From contig NC_081331.1 of the NCBI RefSeq assembly GCF_022539665.2, positions 13,144,001-13,208,000 of the forward strand: DNA of 64,000 nt. The letters are read 5' to 3'. Below, one piece after another: positions 54,901 through 64,000 of this stretch. Position numbers and translations under genes: made by a program. This stretch comes from Daphnia carinata. Lineage: Eukaryota. The stretch's first letter is position 1, and the number at the start of each line of letters is the position of its first letter. The notes beneath the pieces are model-generated. The model saw only the letters and a list, made by a program, of their open reading frames with translations. It made no database searches and had not been told where the DNA came from.

Positions 54901-57900
54901 TATTATGTTTTATCTTTATTTTCTACTTTTTTTAACGAACAAAACATTTCATCTCTGTGTCCAGTTCCAGTACATGATAAGCACATTATTGTTTCCGGCT
55001 TCGTTTTGCCTATTTTTCTGTGGCTGCTAAAGTCTAGTTAACGGTTGATCTAGTCGCTGATTGATTTCTTTTTTTTTTTGCAGTGTGCAAAAATCGGATA
55101 TACTGCTGGCTTCGGGTGGGTAGATATGCACATATAAGTTATGACACCGTATAAGCGAAATGCGAATACGCGGCTGTTATAGGGTTGTGTGTTGGCCGTG
55201 CACACAAGGTGCCTTATGTCGCATAATATGCTCACAGTTTGCCATTTGACCTCGTATCTCTGCACAAAAGAAGGACAGCTTCGTTTTTCCAACTGTCGGA
55301 CAGGCCTCATTGAACGTTTCAAAGAAACCGACCCGTGTTTCTGCACTCGAATTTCAACAAAAAAAAAAAAGAAGAATGCCTTTCGAAATGTGTGTATATT
55401 CTGCATCTGCCTGTTCTCTTTTTTCTTTCTGCAAAATATTCGCAATTATCCAGATGGGCGAACGTAACACCTCTCCCTTCAGCATCCATGTATTCGTAAA
55501 TGAGTTTATCCTTCGATAAGGCTATATACATATTCTATCATTTGCACGAAACAAAATGAGCCGGGAGTTTGCTATTGGTGCGGGATAAATCTGGCCTTTC
55601 CCGTCTTTTGCTCCGAATGGGCTTATTATGGAAGTCCGACATCATGTGCAATCGGATATCTATAGCGCGTTTGTTTTACACTAAATTTTTTTTGTGTGAC
55701 GATTATTATTCAAAACATGAATTTTTTTACGATGCTGCTGCGCTTGCTACTATACTTGAAATTGGCGTTTGTTGTTGTTCTCACCACCAAGACTATTTTT
55801 TTTTTTGTAAGTCACGGTTTAAACCGAGGAGCTATTATTTTTATTGTTTTTGCGTTCATCGTTACATGACACACCAACTCTTTCGAAATCATAGACTTGG
55901 CGTTGATGTTGTTTATATACCGAAAAGAAAAGAAAAAAAAAGCTCTTCGGCGCCAGCGGTCATCCGCCATCTTCGACGCTAAAACAATGAGCTCGTAAAT
56001 TATGCTGTTCATTTATATTTAGACTATTCGGCTGATAGTTTGTCATTGAAGGTTGCCCTTTCCCGTTAGCACAACAAACAGTTGCAGGACCCTGAGCCAC
56101 TCTGCATAATTGTGGAGAAGGGACAAGTGAAAACAAACAAGCGCGCAAGATTTAATATCGACAGAAATTATTGCGCGGGTTTTGCCAACGTTTTTTTTTT
56201 TTTGGTACCCCCGTAAATTTTGAAGTCTACCACCACAAGATAAATAAATAGGAGAGGGACATAACTGAGAGGGAGGCGCGAGAAATTTCTGCGTGTGGTG
56301 ATGTGATATTCGAAACGCGTTTTTAAAAAACGGCTCACTGATGGCAGTGGGTGGGTAAAAGGGAAGCGTGTGATGTTTCACGGTTTTTTGGCCTCTTCTT
56401 CTGCGCTCTCTCTCACTCTCTCTCGTTAGCATCGCCACCCTCCATTTGAAGACAAATTTGCGCGCACCAGCAGGCCAAAAAAAAAAGTGGAAAGAAACAT
56501 TTCTTTTCCTTCGTCATCCTCTTTCCGAAATACAAGTGAAAATGTTGTAACCTTTTCTTCTTCTTTCTTGTTTCCCTTCTTTCTGCTGTACGCAGCATAT
56601 AGCTCCTATTACCGTTTGACAGCCGCCCTCCCATTCTCGTTCACTGCCCTCTCCCAACTTTCATTTCTTTTATTTTTTTTCTGCTCCGACTATATAACTC
56701 TATAGTGTGTGCTTGTATACACATATATTTCTAGCGACCACTTTTCTTTTTTTTTTTTTTTTGAAGGGGAGGGAGTAATGATAAATTAGCTTAATGCCTT
56801 TTTAGCCCTATCTCTTTGCCTATTAGCTTTTGCCTTTTTTCTCTTCGGTTGGCCCATCAGCTTCTATATGGTGGAAGTCATTCTCTTTATGGTGTTATAG
56901 CTTCCTAAAAAAAGGAAAACATATATACAATAGATATTTCGAAAAGCTTTGCTTTTTTTGTTTAACTATCTGCCTCGCACTTTCCGTGAGTTTCAACCAA
57001 TTAGCTGCACGTCGTTATCCACTGGTTATATATACCCAACGTTACACCAGCAGATGTCCGAACACAGATTTTCTGTTTCTTCGCTCTATACGTCATGCTG
57101 GCACGTTGTAATAGTTTTTTTTTTAAAGCTAAATAGAAACAACGTTTGCGTAAGATTTGTACTAACTGATTTCTCCGAAAAAGAACGTTGATTGAAATGC
57201 ACAAGCAGCTAAATGGGTATTTAATAGTTTCCGATACACATTCATTTTCACTGCAAGATTGATTTTAAAAAAGTGCTGGTACAACCCTGTTTTCATTACG
57301 CAGATTAATCAAAATTAAATTATTCATAATCAATTACAATGCGTTCAAGCGGCCGTATAAGGCGGACCACACGAGCTGGTGGTCTGGTCCTCCTCCCCCA
57401 AGAAAAATGAAAAAAAAATCCTACTCCTAGACTATATGATATGAGAACCTTTTGACCTTTTTGGCCTTTTGTTAAACGCTTCAACCCCCAGCGAACGAAA
57501 GCGACGATGAGTTCTTGCGACAGTTGTGAGCAGCCAAAACCCAAGCACATCTTGCAAAGGCCGACGTTCGCAGCATCACATCTCAGAAACTTGGTGCACG
57601 GCTCAATATAGCCTTTTTCTTTTTCTTTTTTTTTTTGAGGCCCCTATTTAATGCTGTTCCCCTCTCTCTGTGCACACGGTTCGGTATCGTACTCTTGTTC
57701 ATCGGATACATTCATTTTCTCATGCAGTCTGTGCTTTACGGGTACTTGAACCGAGCGTATATAGCAGGCAACACACGCCCTCGCCCTGGCATCATATAAT
57801 AGCAAGCTCTGTCAAAATTGTTGACACGTTCTAATTAGAGGTCACAGGGTCTTCTGATCTTTCCTCGACTTTCCTTTTCTCTTCGTTTAATATGTCAGCA

Positions 57901-60900
57901 TATCAGCGAGGAAACAGGAGGGGGAGAAAGAGAGGATGACGATTGGAAGGAACTTTGGGACATCAGGTGCTTTTTAGAAGGTGATTGTTCATGACGTTCA
58001 CGTTGCAAAAAAAAAAATAAATTAGATTTGTTCTTTCTTCTTCGCATTCATGTTCTTGCCAAATGGCGTAGCAATTGTTTTGTTTGGAATTCCATTTTGC
58101 ATACCAGCGTGGTCGCTAATTCTGAGGCGCGTCTCGCCGTTACGAAATGGATCAATGAACTAGCCGTGCAATTTGAGAACGTAGCCGTGCAACAGCGATA
58201 CTCGTTGATGATGAGTCACTGCACGCATCACGCCAGCTTCGTATACATGCACGGGTATCGGATGAACTGATATAATGCAGCCAAGAGGTTCGTGAAAAGC
58301 CGGTCGCCCATGTTGATGTTTGAAGCCAAAGGAAAATCGTAAAAATCATAACGACTGTGAATATTCCGAGAAAAACTATTAGACTATCCAACTGCAAACG
58401 GGTTACGAGCACTGTCGTAACCTTATTGTTGTATAGGACTTTAGCCTTTGAAATGTTTTTCCTTTTTTCCTTAACGCTCTTTCTTTGCCCGGCAAAAGAA
58501 TAATGCGCTGCACCAGCAGTTTCATCCCGCGTTTCAATTTACTTCCGATTGTAATGTACTCTCTGGCTTTTACGTTTGCATCTCCTATGTCTCTATACCC
58601 TTCTATTATTTTATAGTCCCTTTACAGTCTGCTCAATGTTTGTTTTTGTTTTTTTAACAATGGGCCTTGTTCATTATTGACAGCAATATCACATCTGAAA
58701 TATTGAAATGCAGACGTCGTAAAACGATTATTCAAATTTCAATTATTCAATTTCGATCGCCTTGATCGAGATTGAATTTTTTTAAAAATGAACGACAGTT
58801 TATACGGATTTAGAGACTCGCATTTGATGTTGAATCAAATAGGAAATATCGGTTATGTCTCGTCATCATCGCTAGTGTCGAATTTGGGTTTGAATAGAGC
58901 AGTTGTTTCAAATGACGGCCACTGTCTCGCCTTGGTTCATCACGTTCCATTCGTTCACATTCCTTCTCAATAATGCAACGATTATTATTTGAATACTGAA
59001 AACATGGAAAAAGGAACTTTGAGAGGCGAGAAAGGGGAGCTCATCGAGTTCATATACTCGAATGTCGTCGTGGCTCTCTCGAACAGCGTTCGAATCATCG
59101 ATTGGAGGAAAAGCCGCTCCCGACGTTCTATGGACTGTCCAGTTATGTTCGTGGGTGGCATGTCGTCGCCTTTTTTATGTTTCCATTGGCGCGTTCGGAT
59201 CAATCCCGAGGTCGGCGGCGGGATGGACAGGCAGCTCGTGTATCACCGAGATGGCGATGCCAGCACGCGGGCGTATCATCATAGCTGCGCTGGATGAAAA
59301 CTGCTGTCGAGTCAGCGACATTTCACATGACGTGCCCTCATCATCGCATCATCAATAAAAATTCGGGGGCTATATTCGATGATGTTCTTCTAACGAGCGA
59401 TGATCGGGCAGCATTCCAGTTCATCGTCTGGCAGCTGATGACAGCATGATGTTGGAAGCCTTCTCTTTTTCTCTGTCTTCAATTCGCACTGATCATTTGG
59501 CCTGCAGCTCTTCTTCGTGTTGCGCAAACACAGGGCGACATTACACGGAGCCATTCATTAATAGCCACAACGCAGTACCAAACAGATAGAACAATTCAAA
59601 TCAAAACAATGATTTACGATTTGCCACATTAAAAAGAAAAAATACCACTCATTTCTATTAACGACATACTTGCAGAGCCGGACCATTTAGCTCCTGCTGT
59701 TCTATAAATATAAAGCGATGCGGATGTGTAAAGTTTTCATAAGAATAGCGACCACACAGCCTCGTGCTCTATATGGTCGACGAGGATATAGAAGATCGAA
59801 GCCCCTCATAGTTGACGTCAACATCCAGCGAACTCGTCACCGTTGGCAACCGGTGATTCTATAGAGCGGCACACTTTCACCGCCAACTATGATCAGATTC
59901 GACATGGAAGAGGAGCCCGCAGTGAAGATGATGTAGAAGAAGGCCGAAAGAAATCTAAGGAAAGGGCTTCCTCTATTCAGTGCCCTAGCACGTTAATTAT
60001 CAACAGCTTTATAAGTATATGTTACTATAGCCTAAACACAGATGATTGCTGCTTCTGCCGTTTTCTTCTTCGCCCCCCTCTCTCCCGTCGTTCAACGTTC
60101 ATCAGGTTTCCTATTGAAAGCACGCCGTTGGGCGATAGGAAAATAATCAACGTTTTGTCCTCCATAGGCAAGACGCTTGCAGCATCCCAATGTTTTTTTC
60201 TATACGTGTGATAGACGGCAGCGTTATATTAAAATAAAATTAATTTCCAAACGATAAGAGGAAAACAAAAAGAATTTAAGAGAAAGAGAGAGAGCTATAT
60301 AACAGTAAGTGCGCATTTCCTCCCCTCAGGACCCGCGGTAGCAGCGAAAGACCCGTGAGGACGAAGCACGAACGTGCTGCCGCAAACAACGCCATCATTA
60401 TCCCACGGCCTCGCGGTTATAGGCTACACCGCTATGCAACATACAGTATATAGCCAGAGTCATTCAGTATATGCGCATGCCGCCAACTCTTGATTTTTTT
60501 TCTTCTTGCTTCGTCTTCCTTTACACCCGCGTTTTTTTGCCGTGCGTACTCGTCTTACTCCTTTCTCAACTCCTCCCCACGCCGTCAGAATTGACCAGGT
60601 GTCACTCTTTAGGATATGAGAAACCACAACCAGATACATGTACAACAAGTATATGTGTATTACATTTACAGGGCGTACAGCAGTGCGTTTTCTTATAGAC
60701 GGATCTAATATTTTATTTTTGCCTATTTAAAATATCTGTATATTCTTCTGCACCTTTTGCTTTCATTTGATATCATCAAGGGGAAATATATAGAATTCGA
60801 AACTGTATATTCTTGTTCCCCCATCAGCGTCGTTCGTCATTAGAACCTCGGAACTGGTTAATGTTACACTTGGCCTCGCCTGTATATCACGATCGTGAAG

Positions 60901-61277
60901 TATATTCATTTAAACATGACTAACTGCGTAATCGTAGCTGTAAACTCGATGAAAATTCAGGAGAATTGATTTCATTATTTACCAGCGAATGTCGTGTATG
61001 CCGATATAATCATACTTCTAAAAAAAAGGTGGAAATATTTAAGTCTGTTTTTCACTTTGCTGTCAGTAAAAAAATTAAAGCGTTTTAACGCATTTATTTA
61101 TTTATTTTTTTTTTTTTGGTAGGGTAGTTTTTTGAGGGCGTGATGAAATCATCAGTTCACTAGTCAGTGACACAGCCACCGGCCCACCGCACAATCCCTT
61201 CCAAAATAAAGAGCCTCACTTCAATACATAGATCCTTTTATTTCTCGACTGAAAAGAACGTACGATCGCCTGGAATA

Positions 61278-61298
61278 TAATAATAATAATAATAATAA
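61278..61298. repeat. (TAA)7 microsatellite
   Basis: Directly visible trinucleotide repeat. Confidence 0.9.
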
Positions 61299-64000
61299 AA
61301 TCCCCCTACCTCTCAATATATAGACATTTCTATGTATTCTCTTTATATATACATACATGTATCAGTTTGCGGCAGCTTCTTGTTACTCATGCAATGCTTC
61401 AATGGTGGCGATGGCTTCTCTTTTGTTGTTTTGTTCGGTCCCTCTTTTTTTTTTCACCCCCTCCATCTGCTACTGATACATATTTTTCAACCCCCTCTTT
61501 GTGTTCTCCTATCGTAATCACACACACAGACCAGATATGATAATCCATGCAGCTGTATTACATATAGATGGTTTCCGTATATTTAGAGGTGCTATACACG
61601 TATAGGCCTGCCCTCACAGAGTGAGGCTAACGGGGGGCAATGAAGAAGTAAAGGGGGATCATGAAAGGGTTGTGTGCCTCACAGTCAACCCTACCGACCC
61701 CTCCGTCGCAACGGATGATGATGCAATCCTATTGCGCGGCGCTTGATATAGCCCACCCACTGCGGTTATAAGCGATTCTGCCACGCCAACCGTTAAATCT
61801 CTTCTTTCTTCATCCGAGATTGACTCTTTGAATGCATTGAAAAAAGTCACGCGCCCCCCACCAACTATAAATCTAACCTCTTTTTCTATTCAATCATAAT
61901 CATAATGATCGACTCTTTCGATAAAGTTGTTCTTGATTTTTTTTTTCCCCGGCTGCTTTGTAAAACTGTGACAAAGCTACCCGGTATAAAGTCAAATGTT
62001 ATACACAGAGAAAGACCTGACCAAAAGGAAATGATTTCTTCCTTTTTTAAAGTACACGTTAAGCATTATTATACGTTCCCGATAAGTGGTCCCATATATT
62101 ATTGATTGTTAGCGTTTGTTCTTATATAGCGGCACCAGAAAATTGTCAAAGTCAATCATATTTCCCTGCGGAAATGATGTTTTGAAAAGAAAAAAAATAT
62201 GGAGAAAGACCGCTGCATATTAGAGAGAATATATGGGACCGTGACTGGTTTTTTTAAACTTCCTGTTTCCAATAGGTTTTTGGTATATAGCTACGTTACT
62301 CTCTTTTTTTCTTCTTGTTTTCTTCTTCTTCTTCTTTTACGTTTCGGCTGATTAACATAATTCCCTGTTGCTGGCCGGTGGTTTCTTTGAGAAACTGACT
62401 CGTAATCATTTTGGCAATGACGCCAGTCGGGCCATTTGTCACTCATTTGTCATGGTCGCACTTGGCTCAGCCCACACCGTGTTTCCAACACGTATACGAT
62501 GTGCCCGACGCACATTTCCGGTCCAACCCTTTCTCTTTACGTCGCTCATTATGAATTCATTGGGAAACGCCAATTCGTCATGAAAAAGACATTGACCGTT
62601 TCCTGCCCGTTTTCATTCATGAAAATGCCATTTGACTACCTTGGCCAATTGCGAGACGCATTTTCGCTATCACGCCGGACGACTTGCTGCCCTAAATAAA
62701 TGCACGGTGGTGACACTGTATCCGTGGGCTATCAAGCCCCCATCCTACTTTGTTATGAAAATGAAACAAAATTGTGATTTCAAAATAGGGATTAATCTGG
62801 TGGATAAACACATCAATGTGAATATCGTAAATGTGAGGCGATGAGATGCGCTATATCTAAGAACCGTTAGAGACCGGAGCTACTGGGATGGTACATCCGT
62901 TGGTTGTTGTGTTGCTTATCCGTGTCTGCTGTAACCAATCCCGAAGATGGACCAATGGTGACTTTTCTTTTTTATTTGACAACTCCCAGTGGTTTCCCAA
63001 GATGCGCGGCGCATCCTCGTTCTCGATTCGATAAGTATCTTGTCTGCACGTTTCATCGCGCAGGTTCTATCGTCTTCACCCAAACGCATGTTCAATGGTG
63101 AGTCTAGGATCAAGATAAAAGGATGTAATAATCCGTTGATACATTTTCAATTAAACAGTAAATTTTTTATTGATTGTGGTTTTATTAACGTAGCTCTCGA
63201 ACGACGTTGTTTATGTAAGCAATTCTGCATAACTAACTGTATTTAACGCCAGACAGAACTTCCCCTTGCACGACGTAGAAGCAAAAGTTGTTTTGAATGT
63301 TACCGGTCTTCAATCAAAAGAAAAATTTGTGTTGTTTTTGATTTCTTAGCTGGAAATGATAAAAATTTTCAGTTCATGAAACACTCAACGATTAGGCAAA
63401 ATGTGAATATCTAAACGCGTAGTTTATTCACTTATTTCAATTTGTACACATTGCAATACTACACCATCTAGCGGTCTCAGCAACACTAGCCCTCTTACGT
63501 CCTCTATGAACCATTCTCTTTATCATTTCGCGTCTTAGAAAGGCATGGCCATTGCATTCAATGCCTACATCTGATATACAATGAACCACAGTCAGCCTAT
63601 GCCTAGAACGTGATTCAGGTAGAAATAGCAAACTTCGTGTAACTATAAAAATCTGAAAATTTTAAAAAAGCTGTGAACGTTGTGGTAGTATGTCTTTGGG
63701 CCAGTTGCCATCAGCCGTAGAAAATGGAAAACATTGCTTCTGTTGCTCTCGTTGTAGGCCTACCCATTATTTTCGGCGAAGTGCGAGAAATTAAACATGT
63801 TTGTTGCTCCCGTAAGCAAAAACACTATACTTGAACCGAATAATTGTTTTTTTTATTATTCTGTTCGAGTTATATCAGTTCAATATAAAAAATCGCAAAA
63901 AACATTTGGTAATATTTTGCTACATTTCGCAAATAAAATTTGATAGTGATGTAACATCAATTGCCTTGCATAGGTGGCAGTAATTTTTTCACTTTACATT

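Noticed and set aside
58152..58412. ORF with a hydrophobic TM-like stretch
   Set aside because: Non-ATG start, no supporting splice partners and no family motif.
35000..64000. Proneural E-box (CAGCTG) clustering and known microRNA hairpins
   Set aside because: E-box counts are not clearly above chance by eye, and I recognised no conserved mature miRNA sequence.

Overview
Eukaryotic, intron-rich genomic DNA. The many 60-80 nt GT-AG introns and the gene content point to an arthropod, most likely a cladoceran crustacean such as Daphnia (inference). I reconstructed splice models by hand for five genes: (1) a cryptic 7-exon minus-strand gene (10376-12566) whose spliced product looks like a very divergent PTB/PID-domain adaptor and is almost invisible in the ORF track; (2) a 13-exon class B1 calcitonin-receptor-like GPCR with an extra Cys-rich N-terminal domain (14836-21419, +); (3) UBE4B/Ufd2 U-box ligase (21925-25775, -); (4) TEX10/Ipi1 (28664 down to about 26929, -, 3' end unresolved); (5) the hamlet/EGL-43/MECOM-PRDM16-type zinc-finger factor (30354-34988, -, 5' end and PR domain not found). 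Between TEX10 and hamlet is a ~720 bp island with two back-to-back degenerate tRNA-like Pol III promoter modules; one heads a structured SINE-like body. One UBE4B intron consists almost entirely of two hairpins. Positions 1-9 kb and 35-64 kb are low-complexity non-coding sequence, probably 5'UTR, intron or enhancer. No prokaryotic features, CRISPR arrays, rRNA or intact transposase/RT ORFs were seen.
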